In this document: positions 24,401 to 37,544 of the stretch, piece by piece
Numbering within the stretch: position 1 is the stretch's first letter
Layout: the number at the start of each line of letters is the position of its first letter
NCBI GenBank assembly: GCA_964016885.1
Contig: OZ024743.1
Coordinates: 92,008,001 to 92,072,000, forward strand
Origin: Eledone cirrhosa
Taxonomy: Eukaryota
Length of the DNA: 64,000 bases
Reading direction: 5' to 3'
Made by a program: the position numbers and the translations under genes
The notes under the pieces: generated by a model
Database searches by the model: none
What the model was told of the DNA's origin: nothing
What the model saw: only the letters and a program-made list of their open reading frames with translations

Positions 24401-26556
24401 GGGCCAGCTGTCGCACGTTGCTGATCCGGGCCTCGCAAATAACCATCACATCTATACGTTGTGACCTGAGGTCATTTAGAAGCATTGCTTGCTTCCAAGT
24501 TGAGCCCAGGCCACGCGCATTTAAACAGCCTACTCTTAGCATAGCCATGTTGGTGGTGAAGAGAAAAGGCACTTGCCTCTCTGCGTCCGGGTATCGAGCT
24601 GCACAATTTCCATTAGGGTGGGGGATGGGTTGTTGGGTGGGGTGGTGGTTTGTGGAAGTGTTGTGTGGTTGGGGAGTTTGGAGTTGTGTGGGTGTTTGGG
24701 GAGGGGGTGGGGTAGTTTTTTAGGAGGACGCGGTTAATGGGCCCGACGCAGGGGGGACCCACGTCCTCTTTAAAATTGTATTTTAAAGTTTTATATGTGT
24801 CCTGTGGGGCCTTAATCATTTTGAGGTGGGGGAAATGCCCTGCCTGGGTGAAGTTAGGCCCTTGTGTTTTTATTAGATTGTTGTTGTACACAATGTTTAA
24901 CAGTTTTTTGTTTCTTGTGTTTATGTATGTGTATGCATGTTTTTGTTTTTGTGTGGTGTTTTTTGTTTGCTGTTGTTGTGAGCTCTTTTGTGTTGGTGTC
25001 AGTGTTATGTTTTGGGGAGGGGTTGTTTTCATTTGTGTGTCTGAGGTGTGTTTTCTTTTTTTTCTTTTGATTGTGTGGAAGTGCTCCTCCTCGTCTGACG
25101 ACGAACTAGGGTCATCTTCCGCGTTGGAGGGGAGGGGTATATTTTCGGGTTGTGTTTGCGGTGCGGGTGTTTTGGAAATTGTTTTTGTTTTTTGAGTGGA
25201 GGGGATGGGTTGGACATTGTTTTGTTTTGGTTTGAGCTGTGGTGGTTGTTTTTGTAGCGGTAGTTGTGGTGATTGTGTTGGTTGTGCAGTTGTTGGTGGT
25301 GTAGGCAGGATGGGGTTTTCTTATTAAGTTGGGGACAGACAGCCCTCAGGTGACCTCTGGTTCCGCAGAGGTAACACGAGGGCCGCCTACCCTCAACGGT
25401 AATGTTGATGAAAGTTAGATCATCCAGTATGACGCGTTCAGGGATCTGGGCGATCCTTTCAGGCCTCATTTGAACTACAAGTTCGAGGCTCGTTCCACTG
25501 AACGCGTCACCCGATGCTTTTCCCATGGACACCAGCATGTCATCATCCAGGTCCAGGAAACCTGTCAAAACCCACCATATGTCCATAATCGGCAGGATGG
25601 TGTGGATTTTTATTTTTTGTGTTCTTCTACCCATGTACGTAGGGTAGAAGGTGTATGCGGTGGATGTGATTGGTTTGATGGACAGTTTCACTGCTGTGTC
25701 CCTGTCCTTCGTGAGAATGGATAGACTCCCGTAGAGTCTATCCTTCTGAATGAAGGTGATGTCCTTCATGACGTCTTTTAAAACCAGCTCTATCTCACTC
25801 TGTGATGGTTGAGCTGGTTTTTTGCTTTTATTCAAGATTGTCCTAAACATGACAGTGGTTAGGAGTCTCTGGCTTTTTAGTTCCGGGGGGGGGGGGATGG
25901 ATCGTGAATGAACCATTTTCCCCGTACACTATATATTTTTTGGCATCTGCCAAACGCTTTGGTTATATCTACTGGCAGATAGTCGAGTGTTTTCCTTGCC
26001 GTCTCGGCGAAGGAGAAATTTTTTTTGTTTGTGTTGCTGTTGTAGTTGGTGGTGTTGTTGTTATCATTGTTGTTGTTGTCACAGTTATTGGTCTTGTTGT
26101 TGTTGTTATTGTTATTGGTGTTGTTTTCGTCCGTCGCATTGTTGTTGTTGTTGCTGTTGCTGGTGCCGCTGGTTCTTTGGGTTGTTTCCATGGCAACGTC
26201 AAGTTGTCGGTTAACAGGTGGAGAAAATCCTTCCTCTGGCTGACCTTTCTTTTTGACCTCTGCTACTGTGACAGTGGCAGGGGGAAGCTGTAAGTTTATC
26301 TTCCCCTTTCCTCCTTCGAATTTTGGTGAAGATGCTTCAGCCATTTTTATCAAAATAGGATTTTTCGAAATATTAAATGTTTACAACACTATTTCGCCTA
26401 AAGGCGTAGAATATTTTGAGAGACTGACCAGATCAAAATTTGACGTGGCAGTCCCTCTACAAAATGGTACAAAAATGAAAGTTTACAGTTCACAATTTCC
26501 AGTTAAATTTAAACGAAACTTACCGAGCGAGCTCAGCACATGCGTCCATCGTAAAG
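21488..26556 (-). mobile_element. Tx1/L1-clade LINE, 5'-complete but decayed (ORF1 with CCHC knuckle, ORF2 APE-RT-CCHC with RT-core deletion)
   Basis: ORF1 26353-25029 contains CYLCGTRGHLRAVC. ORF2 starts at 24548 (CLNARGL, GDWN, SDHK, GPGYWKLN, GKSPGLDGLP, KLLGVWF, CPRC..HALVHC). (GATA)n at both ends. Confidence 0.9.
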
Positions 26557-26559
26557 AGA

Positions 26560-26560
26560 T

Positions 26561-26640
<80 letters not shown>

Positions 26641-26648
26641 GAGGAGGG

Positions 26649-26722
<74 letters not shown>
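26560..26722. repeat. (GATA)n followed by (GA)n
   Basis: Seen directly. Confidence 0.95.
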
Positions 26723-26725
<3 letters not shown>

Positions 26726-26938
26726 ACGGACGGATGGAACAAAAGAAATCTTAATGTATTGGATATATGTTTGATAATGATTGAAGAAAATGTAGTTGAT
26801 TTTAATGAATATAAAATGACATCCAGTGATAGCTGGAGTATCAAGAACTCAACGATTCAAGCACCTTTCCATAGAATGCTGTAATCAATTAAATATTGTT
26901 TGCTATAAAGCCCGTTATTTTTCGACGGGTACTATGCG

Positions 26939-26994
<56 letters not shown>

Positions 26995-27082
26995 TGCATG
27001 CATACATACATACATACATACATACATACATACATACATACATACATACATACATACATACATACACGCATACGTACATACA

Positions 27083-27431
27083 TGGTGGCTGCCAACTCGT
27101 TTTCGAGTACGGCCACTACTTTATATCCATGTAGGAGAACCCCTACCGATGCGCTGAACGAGTGTGACTTTTTAGTCCAGCCAGCGACTTGAAAACTCTG
27201 GTACAAACACTACACTTGTGACAATTATTGACACAGTGCTGGGCCCATGGTACCATGTGACGACAAGTGCAGAGAGATCTCCAGATATAAAGCAATGCCT
27301 GTGCCGTGAAGCTTTTATAGTGAGCAAAGGCACTGCACAAAGCCAGTCCCACTCTCTTAACCAAGATGATATTTACCAAAAAGAAGGACAAGCCAACATC
27401 ATTGGATACCATCAGGATTGCAGGTGTTATA
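27083..27431 (-). mobile_element. Bipartite RTE derivative, 5'-truncated copy 3
   Basis: Matches 11995-12345. Flanked by (TACA)n. Confidence 0.85.
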
Positions 27432-27444
27432 TACATACATACAT

Positions 27445-27748
27445 AGAAAGAACACAACTAGTTAGGAAATTACAAGTACGATCCATTAATGGAACAGTAA
27501 AAATATGTAAAACATTCCAAAAGTTATGCCGCTAATAACTGTATATACACATGTACAGATACAAAGCATATACACATGCACACATACAACTCAAAACATA
27601 CACATCCATATCTACACATGCATGCATGCATACATAATCTACCTAGTTGATGTTGTGTAAATTCCAATGAGATAGTCTTGTTTCTATGTTAGAAACATAC
27701 TCTCTCTCTATTGGGAAAAAATTTGTGAAATTATAAAACCAGAAGAAC
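27445..27748 (+). mobile_element. R4/Dong-like 3' fragment, copy 2
   Basis: Matches 17363-17695 (ERTQLV..KLQV.SINGTVKICKTF plus 3'UTR). Flanked by (TACA)n. Confidence 0.85.
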
Positions 27749-28399
27749 AAATATACATACATACATACATACATACATACATACATACATACATACATAC
27801 ATACATACATACATACTACATACATACATACATATGTATATATATATATATATATATAATTTATATATATATATATACATAATTAAATATAATTTGAAAC
27901 AAGTCAAAAGGTAATAACAGAAGGAAAACAGTTTTAAGAAATAATTATATATAATAATATACTGATTTATGATGCAACCGGAAGTGAAAAGACAATAAAA
28001 AAGAGGACGGCATCTTTTCTTTGTTAGTTTTCTTTATTGTCAATTGTATCCGGTCATTTGTCAAACGTAGTTTGAAAAACGGTGAAATTTAAACTGCATT
28101 CAACATGAAAACGGACAGCTATCCGTTATTCATATGGCATTCGTAACCTTAAACAACTGATTAACTAAATATTTTGAACGGAAATGAGAGCCAGTTTGAA
28201 ATTTTAAACGCAAGATGTATGATTTTTTTGTTTATGTTTTTGTTTTTGTTATTGTTTGTTTTTTAGTCCGGTATAACTGTCATAGAAATATGGTTTTGTC
28301 AAGGCGTTTGTCAAGTTGGCTATAACAGGCTGCTCACTCTGTGGGGGACAGCCAAGCTGATATATGTTATTTTTAGCATTTGTATAGTTTATGAGAGTG

Positions 28400-28690
28400 A
28401 AGGCACGTGGCTTAGAGTTTAGAGTGTTTGGTTCACGATCGTTAAATCGTGAGTTTGACTTCTGTATTGAGCGGTACGTTGTTTCGGCCCATTCAGCTGG
28501 CAAAAATGAGTTGTACTCCTAATTAAAACGACCAACCATGACACACAGTGCGTCATGCTGAATCTCCCTGATAACTATACGTTATTGGTGCACGAGTCTG
28601 TGTAACGTTCAGCCATTTCCACGTTAATTTCTAGAGCAGGCTGTTCTGTTGTTCGAACAACTGGATACTTGTTAGAACCAACGGAGGTCC
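28400..28690 (+). mobile_element. CORE-like tRNA-SINE, decayed
   Basis: GGCACGTGGCTTAG..GTGAGTTTGACT head; body similar to 57.3 kb. Confidence 0.6.
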
Positions 28691-29506
28691 ATGACAACAC
28701 TTTATGAAAAGAATTCGTTCGTTAGACATGGCGTGATTTAAAGACTGGCTAGAGCGCGTCTCAGTATTCATATACCGCAAAGATCTGTTTTGCATGTATC
28801 TTGTCTTCCTGGTATTGATTTTTTTTAATGTATCAAAGACCAGAAAAATGAAAGACCATTTGTTGTGTTTTTTTTGTTTTTTTACTTCTGTTCCTTTTTG
28901 CTGTTTTTGTTGTTATCTTTATCTTGTTGTGAAGAAATATAGTTAATAGAGGTCGTTTGAAATATATTATTGATATTCAGTTTACCGACCCAAGAAGGGT
29001 GAAGGGTTTAATTTCGACTCCGGCTCAGAAGAATTTATTTTTGTATTGTGAAACCAACAAATGGAGATACGTTCCTATAGGTGAGCTGGTGTGAACGAAA
29101 CTGACGCAAAATCAATCCATTATGTTTGGATAGTGATGAGTTCCGAGTATCTAAACGTCTACAATATTTTTATTGAAAACATTGAAACGTAACATTTTCT
29201 AATAAATATAATATAAATTTCCCATCTTTTCACATGAATTGGTAGAGATGGTAGAAAGTGGGATGGAATATTTTCAAATCCCAACGAGGTCAACATTAGC
29301 TTTTATCCTTCCGATCTCGATATAAAGGTAACTGTTTAGTACTGGGTATATTCTTTATGTATGTCTCTTTCTCACTTCCTCTCTCTCGGAAATAAATCAG
29401 CTGTGTTCAGACCTGGAGAAGGACAGGCTAAGCTAGGTTTAAACTGCCCAAGACAGTGTGTCACGATAGCGCCCCAATTACTCTACCAAATGTTACGGGT
29501 CCATAG

Positions 29507-29955
<449 letters not shown>

Positions 29956-30139
29956 TTATATATATTATATTAGGATAGTAAATTGGTAGAATTAGTAGAT
30001 CCGCTGATAAAATGTCATTACGGTATTTGTTCCGGCGCTTTATATTTTGAGTTCCAATGCTCCACGGTGAAATTTGCATTTTTATCGTTCTGGGTTCAAT
30101 AAAATAAAGCAGTCAAATACAGGGGTTAATTTTGCTAAA

Positions 30140-30410
30140 CGATGCTATGGTGGTGGGGTTAGAATGTCTCAGGAAAGAATCGCTGGACAGAGTTTACGGG
30201 CAAGACCAACCGGGAGACCCAGGAGTAGACCCCGAGTAAGATGGTTGGATAACATCCATGAGCTTAGAAGAAGAAGAAGAAGAAGAAGAAGAAGAAGAAG
30301 AAGAAGAAGAAGAAGAAGAAGAAGAAGAAGAAGAAGAAGAAGAAGAAGAAGAAGAAGAAGAAGAAGAAGAAGAAGAAGAAGAAGAAGAAGAAGAAGAAGA
30401 AGAAGAAGAA
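30140..30410 (+). mobile_element. RTE C-terminal fragment with long (GAA)n tail
   Basis: RMSQERIA..RPTGRPRSRPRVRWLDNI matches the RTE 'RM...GRPR.RW.D' motif, followed by (GAA)n at 30266-30410. Confidence 0.7.
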
Positions 30411-30779
30411 CTACTGTATACTCACCAGAGTCGACTATGACATTTTATAGCGCTATTATGTTGGTCTTGTCCACCAATGGAGCAGGATGCAACTTTAGTT
30501 CTGCAAGGATGGCCATGGTTAAAAGTCATTATTTTTATAGAAAAATACTCTCTCAATTTCTGTGGGAAACGGTTGTTTTTCTTGGGGGGGGTATTTTTCG
30601 TGTACTGTCAATTACTCTGATTTCAGAAAATGTCGGAACTTCTTGTCGGGAAAACGGAGAGGGAAGCGGGAGAACTCGGGCTTTTCCCCACTCCAGGAGT
30701 GTTCTTTACCACTTCCTTATATTTTTCGCGTGTTATATTATTCGTTTTTTAGTTAACTGTACCTCATGACAAATGTCAG

Positions 30780-30915
30780 CAGGGTTAGAGTTAGTGTTAG
30801 CGTTAAGGGTTAGGGTCAGGTTTAGTGATTAGAGTTAGTGTTAGGGTTAAGGGTTAGGGTTAGATTTAGGAGCTAGGGTTAGTGCTACTGTTAGGGGCTA
30901 TGTTTAGGGTTAGTG
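30780..30915 (+). repeat. Degenerate interstitial (TTAGGG)n-like array
   Basis: 6-bp periodic TTAGGG/TTAGTG/TTAGAG variants. Confidence 0.75.
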
Positions 30916-31985
30916 TGTTTGGAGGTCAGATTTGTCGATAACACGCGAAAAAAGGGCATGAGAAATATTTTCCACTAAACGCAAGAGGGGTGTAGATCTG
31001 CGAAACCACATGGACTTGCCTCTTTTCCCCCTTCAAAGCTACTTGTTTCCGATTGGTTAGTAGGTCAGATTTATTGATAACAACACATGAAATTGTTTTA
31101 AATGGTAAAGAAAACTCTGAGATGGGGAGAAAGTCCGAGGGTCCTATCTCCACCCCCTCTCTATTTTCCATGGAGGAAAGTCAATTGCAACATGTTTCGA
31201 AGTTATATTAAAAATCAAGGAAAAATAATTAATTGCTACAGAAATCGAGGGGAAAGCTTTTTCTATAAATTTACCTAAGAGTCATCCACCGATGACGGAC
31301 CAGGTTCGTGTTATGCACCTTCTTAAAATATAAAAACCAGGGCCGTATTAACCCATTGTCATATCCCTAGGCATCCAGGTGTTTCGGGTCTCCTGAGGCA
31401 CTTCAATATTTAATCCACTCAAAAGATGAAACAGAAAAAAAAAACACGGTCACCTAGTGCCTGCAGGATCCCTAGGGTTTCAATCTAGTCATCTTTATGA
31501 ATAATATGTCCCTAGTTATGACTATGTTTAAATGTCACTTCAGTTTCAGTCGTGGTCCATGTCACAACATTCTTCAAAGCAAGCGATTATCAAACAATGT
31601 CAGTTTTTATTATCTTCGTTCTTCTTCCTTTTTTGAGTTTCCAAAGGTTCTGCTAAATCTGTTATTCAGTAGAAAAGCCCTTTTCGTCTCTATTCCTGTC
31701 AAGAACCAATACAAACACACATTTTTTAAAACTGCGTGTATATATATATACATATAAGTATGTATGTACACACAAACACACATTCATAATATATATATAT
31801 ATAAGTTTATGGCGGGTACAATCGGGGGTAGTACTATATATATATAATATAGAAATGGCTACTACCCCCGATTGTACCCGCCATAAACTTATATATATAT
31901 ATATTATGAATGTGTGTGTATACATACATACTTATATCTGTGGGTTTGCATCTGTGTGTTTGTACATTTGCCTGTCTACACACGC

Positions 31986-32081
<96 letters not shown>

Positions 32082-32343
32082 AAGAGATAGAGAGTGTGAT
32101 ACAGAGAGAGGGTGTGTGGCTGTATGTATGTATATGGACATTAAAAAGATAAGACATAAATACACATGAAATGTGTTAATCTTCTTAGAAACAACTTGTG
32201 TGGTGGAAAGGAAATATATTTTATATTGTACATTTTATCACCTGTGATGAAGGATTTTATGGAGACGACTTTTTCGAGCAGATTAAAAAGTTCCGGTGTG
32301 TCTTTACTTGTAAATTTACATGGCTGCTTGAGTTCTGCCTCTA

Positions 32344-32500
32344 TATATGTATGCGGTTGACGGCTGAGAGGAAAAGGTCCTCAATACAGAAGTAGAGTTT
32401 TGATATTCATTTTATTAAGTTCTTGTCTGATGATTCTGTGATAAATAGGCAAAACTCCAGAATAACAAGACTCACTATTTAGCCTTAATAAAATGAATAT
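32344..32500. mobile_element. Fold-back mini-element with decayed hammerhead
   Basis: Tail GTCCTCAATAC..GAGT. Arms at 32403-32419 and 32484-32500. Core reads TCTTGT-CTGATGA-..-(C)AAAA-CTCCAGAA-TA|ACAAGA. Confidence 0.65.
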
Positions 32501-32510
32501 ATATATATAT

Positions 32511-33172
32511 ATATAAATATGAGAAAAATGGAGCGCTGCGTGGTTGCACATGGGTTACATATGAATAAAATTAGTCCTTCATCAGTGATCTTCCAACTTT
32601 CATTGGTATTTCATCGCTTTAAAAATCATATACCTCTAGTTGGTGCGAGCAATAACAAATAAAGTTATTGGGACAAGTAAAATAGGGTGAAACGAGCGAG
32701 GCATGTAAACAAACAACGATGGTATGGCAACGGAAAGATAGGAAGAGACAAGCACATGAAATCTGTAAGCTTAAGCTTGGTGAATTCATGGGCGAGAGAT
32801 ACAGACCATCCGACATGGGTGAGATGTGAGCGAGAAAAGGATTTCACACAGGTCAAACGGGAGGAAGTGAGAGAGGGGAGAAGCAGAGAGTGAGTGAGTG
32901 GAAGTGTGAGGAAGAGACCAGCAGAGAGAGAGTGTGACTGGCAGAGGGGGGTAAAAAGAGGAGAGAGAGTAAGAAAGAAAGAGACAATCGCAGCTGAGGA
33001 AAAAATATAAATATGAGAAAAATGGAGCGCTGCGTGGTTGCACATGGGTTACATATGAATAAAATTAGTCCTTCATCAGTGATCTTCCAACTTTCATTGG
33101 TATTTCATCGCTTTAAAAGTCATATACCTCCAGTTGGCGCGAGCAATAACAAATAAAGTTATTGGGACAAGT

Positions 33173-33177
<5 letters not shown>
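32511..33177 (-). mobile_element. Element with ~170-bp direct terminal repeats (pLTR-like) between (TA)n tracts
   Basis: 32511-32684 is nearly identical to 33006-33177. Each repeat has CTGATGAAGGAC on the minus strand. The spacer is purine-rich. Confidence 0.6.
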
Positions 33178-33215
<38 letters not shown>

Positions 33216-33340
33216 AGTAAGTATGTTTTGAAACAGTGAGCGAGTTTGAAATTAGAAAATATATAGCTTTCACCGTATTTTTAACTAAAGGAATTTTAGC
33301 TTGATAACGGGGTTTAGAACCCTCAGATAAATGGAAAAAG

Positions 33341-33852
33341 ATATATATATAAAGTTGCATTCCTGTCTGTTTGTTTGTTTATTCACGAACTACTCCTATG
33401 GTTTTGGAGATAGACACCATAACCATATATATTCTGAAACTACATTGCCCAGGGTACTTGGATAAGTATATTTCATTTTAATGAAAGGGTTTCCCGGGGG
33501 CACAAACCCCAGCTGAAATTTTTCCCTTCGACTTATATGAAATTTAAACCATAGATAAATAAACCATAGGTAAATGACAAGATATGATGCCTTTTCACAA
33601 AAGTTTTGAATTGATATTTTGAAAAAAATGATTTACAAGAAACAAAATAATAATAAGATTTAATAAAGTAATTTTGATTTGATATATTACAAAAAATAAT
33701 ATTTTCCAATTTTTCATGCATTACATTTTACGTTGAGTAATATTGAAATGCAGAGTTTTTCTCTATAAATGAAATCACTGATTTAAAATCAATCATCATT
33801 TTCTTACAAAATAAATGTGTGAAACGCAGCAAGGCGCGGGTAATTCGGCTAG
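33341..33852 (+). mobile_element. Non-autonomous Helitron
   Basis: 5' (AT)nAAAG..CTGTCTGTTTGTTTG. The 3' end has a GC-rich hairpin-like CGCAGCAAGGCGCGGG and then ..GGCTAG|T. Confidence 0.7.
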
Positions 33853-33883
<31 letters not shown>

Positions 33884-34326
33884 TAGGGATTTGAACGTCA
33901 AGTTACTGTAGGCTTAGTATATATATACATATATATACACACAAACACACACACACACATACATACACATATAGGCTTTGCTGCATCTCTGTTTTCAGTG
34001 CAACTATTTTGAGGTATCTTCTTGCAACTAGAAGGTCTGGGCCTTTGAAAGATCGTTCCTCGTCCCATGGACTGTGGTATGATGCCGTCTACAGTGTGTA
34101 TTAATATGTATATAAAACATTGCTCTCTGCGATGTTTTATATACATGTGTAGTTCCATATACTCATACTTTCTTTATATTAAGAAGAAAAATACATAAAC
34201 TTTTGGGGGCGAAAACAATATCTCCCGAAGCAAGCAATCAATATTAAGATATAAAGTAGAGAATTGTCAATCTGTATTGTAGTAATGTGTCTATATGTGT
34301 ATGTTATATATATATGTATCTCTCTC

Positions 34327-34456
<130 letters not shown>

Positions 34457-35400
34457 ATTATGTGTATATGTATCTGTTGTAAGGTTTTAAATTGAAAGTA
34501 GGTGTAGGTTTGGGTCTGCACATTATCTTTTGTATATACCTCTCTTCTTTCTATACGGTTGGCTGTGTGTATGTGTTTGTGCCTGTATATTTTAGAATGT
34601 GTGCGCACCTGTGTATATGTGAGTGGGTGTGTTCGTACAAACGTGAAATTGATCGTATTGTAGTAAGTTCCCGTCCATTGTACCATTTCAACTCTCCACT
34701 TAATCTCATCTCTCTTCAACTTCAAAACAAACAATTTTCATCGGTTCAGCTTTTTTTTTGGTTGAATGAATCCCCCCTCCCCCTACCCAAGAATTACTGA
34801 ATTTTGACAGGTTTATACAATTAGGTTTAGTTTTTTGTGTGTGTCTTTTCTACTTGGTTTTGTTGTGTATTTACACCTAGCGGGCAAACTGGCCGAGTTG
34901 CAAGACTGTCGTATGATTAAAATTAAAATACTTCGCAGTATTCGTTCCGGCTCTCTGCGGGATCGATAGGATAAAGTACTGGTCAAGTATTAGAGTCGAT
35001 GTGGATGACTTATCATTCCCCCTCCCTCAACTTTATTGGCCCCCTACCCAAATTAGTCACTTATATATAGGTGACTATATAGTGACTGTAGCCACTTCAT
35101 CTGTTGTTTATAAAGTGGCAAATTAGCATATACACACACTCTAGTATCCAAACCCATACACATATGCATATGTACTTATATAGAGAAACATGTATGTGTA
35201 CATATACACATATATGCGCACATTCAGGCTTACACACGCACACATGCTCACATTCATATATATGCACACTTTCATACACTTACACATATATATACACACA
35301 CGCATCCATACACACATATATATATACATACATATACACACACACACAGAAATATATATATATATGTGTGTGTATGTGTGTGTGAGTGTGTGTGTGTGTG

Positions 35401-35572
35401 TAACAAAGAAAGTGTGGTAAGGAACCAGATGGACCATAACGCACCAGAGTACTCAATACTTAGGGTAGTAGAGTGGGTAATAGGAAAAGAGTCAGGAACC
35501 CGACGGCTTAGTTCGGATCTAGTTGTCGAAACGGCCGGAGCTAAGCCGTCGGAGTCCTGACTCTTTTCCTAT
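35401..35572. mobile_element. Fold-back mini-element, family A (divergent hairpin)
   Basis: Same tail as other family A copies. Arms ATAGGAAAAGAGTCAGGA.. / ..TCCTGACTCTTTTCCTAT. Confidence 0.8.
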
Positions 35573-35623
35573 ATATATGTATATATATATATATCATAAG
35601 TATGTCTATGTTTATGTGCGTGA

Positions 35624-35685
<62 letters not shown>

Positions 35686-35900
35686 CCTACAGTAGTAATT
35701 AATTCCGATCTGAGAAACAACTTTGATTGACAGGTGTCGAATGAAAGGAACAAAATATAGGACGGCCATGAGTGGCCAAAAATACCGATGACGCGTACAA
35801 TTCTTGACCACTCACAGAATGCCAACAACAGGATCGAAGCTGCCAAGTGAAGGCCGCTGGTGTAACTGGACATTTTTGGAAACTCTGCTTCGTAGAATCG

Positions 35901-36000
35901 AGACGTATCTGAGGACCTCTGAGCGATTTCAGAGTCAGGTTCGATCATTACATCGATCGTTCCTCAAGCTGGTCGCCAGAGAAACGATTGTAATATGTCT
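35901..36000 (+). ncRNA. Hammerhead-like motif with extended stem II, in a (TA)n-flanked element (35683-36126)
   Basis: AGACGTAT-CTGAGGA-CC-TCTGAGCGA...TCGCCAGA-GAAA-C-GATT-G-TA|ATATGTCT. 8-bp stem I including one GU pair. Confidence 0.65.
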
Positions 36001-36122
36001 AATAAATGTTATTCGTCGCACCACTGATTCTCCGTTTCTTATGTGATATCATACTCTGCTCTGTAAGAGCATCGAGTGCTCAAGCGGCATACCGCTTACG
36101 GACGCTTTAAGCATCCAACACC

Positions 36123-36221
<99 letters not shown>

Positions 36222-37513
36222 TTGCAAGTTTTTGATATGAAATTGTGTGTCGAAACAAATAAGTGTATATATATAAATAAAACAATTAAGTCAGATATGT
36301 AAAATTTGGGTTCGTTTATTATAAATTATAGATATACTGCTATATATATTTCAGTGACAGCCATCATTTGCTGTGACTTCTTCAGGCAGTCCGAATTGAT
36401 GTGGGAGAGACAGGTACACATGTTGTTGAAGTGTGTTTTACTCCGTCAATACCAACCAGGAGCTGGACATATCGATGTATTGACGGAGTAAAACACTTCA
36501 ACAACATGTGTACCTGTCTCTCCCGGCGATGAATTAGTTTTGCGAGGTTTTTGATATGAAATCGTGTGTCGAAACAAATATTGTTATACTTGGGGAGGGT
36601 CATATTTGTGTAATAGTATTGCCAGTAAGCATACAATGCAACGGGAGGAAACATAATAGCAACACTGACGATGTTGCAGATGTGCAACGAAAGAACTTTG
36701 ATAGACTATATATATATGTGTTTGTGTCTATATTGTGTCTGTATTTTTGACCGTTGGTCAGTCAATGGCAACATTGAGGACCGAATAAATTAAATTAACC
36801 GATATAAAAGACACAGAAGCGAAAACCAACCAAACAGTGAGTGTGTACTGTTATTAATTCTGGCAATACTATTACACAAATATATATATATATAGTAATA
36901 ATAATAAATTTGAAGACTAAAATCCAAAGAGGGCTCGATAAGGATAAATATATATCAAATATATAAAAACCGTAGAGCAAATATTTATTAAAATAACAGA
37001 TTAAAGTTTAAGCAAAGAATCGCTGCTTTCACCCTTAACGGGACTTCTGAAAGTAACAAAGTCAATCTGTAAACGCAATTTCGGCTTGTAAACATAAATT
37101 GCACAAAACTTTCCTGTATTACAGCCCCACATTATACCCTAATGGATAGTACGATCTATACATGGATATTTTACGTCTTGATGTGGTAGCTAAGTATATG
37201 TTTTGTTTATACCATTACTTATTTGCATAGGTAAGTATATATTACCTGTATGTTTTGTGAAGGTACGTATACTTTCTCATACGTATATTTGATTGATTAT
37301 GTTATGGCGTATACATTTTCTATATATTCTGGTACATATGGTTTGGTTATGTGTACACGGGAGATTTGCGCCTGCGTGAGTATGCAGGTTCGTACGTATG
37401 TACGGTGTGTGTTTATGTGTACTTCATGTTTTGGTTGACTTACGTCTCCGAACATTTGTGTATTTACATGTAGGTATGTGTGTGCGTTTATTTAATTATT
37501 TATTTATTTGTAT

Positions 37514-37544
<31 letters not shown>

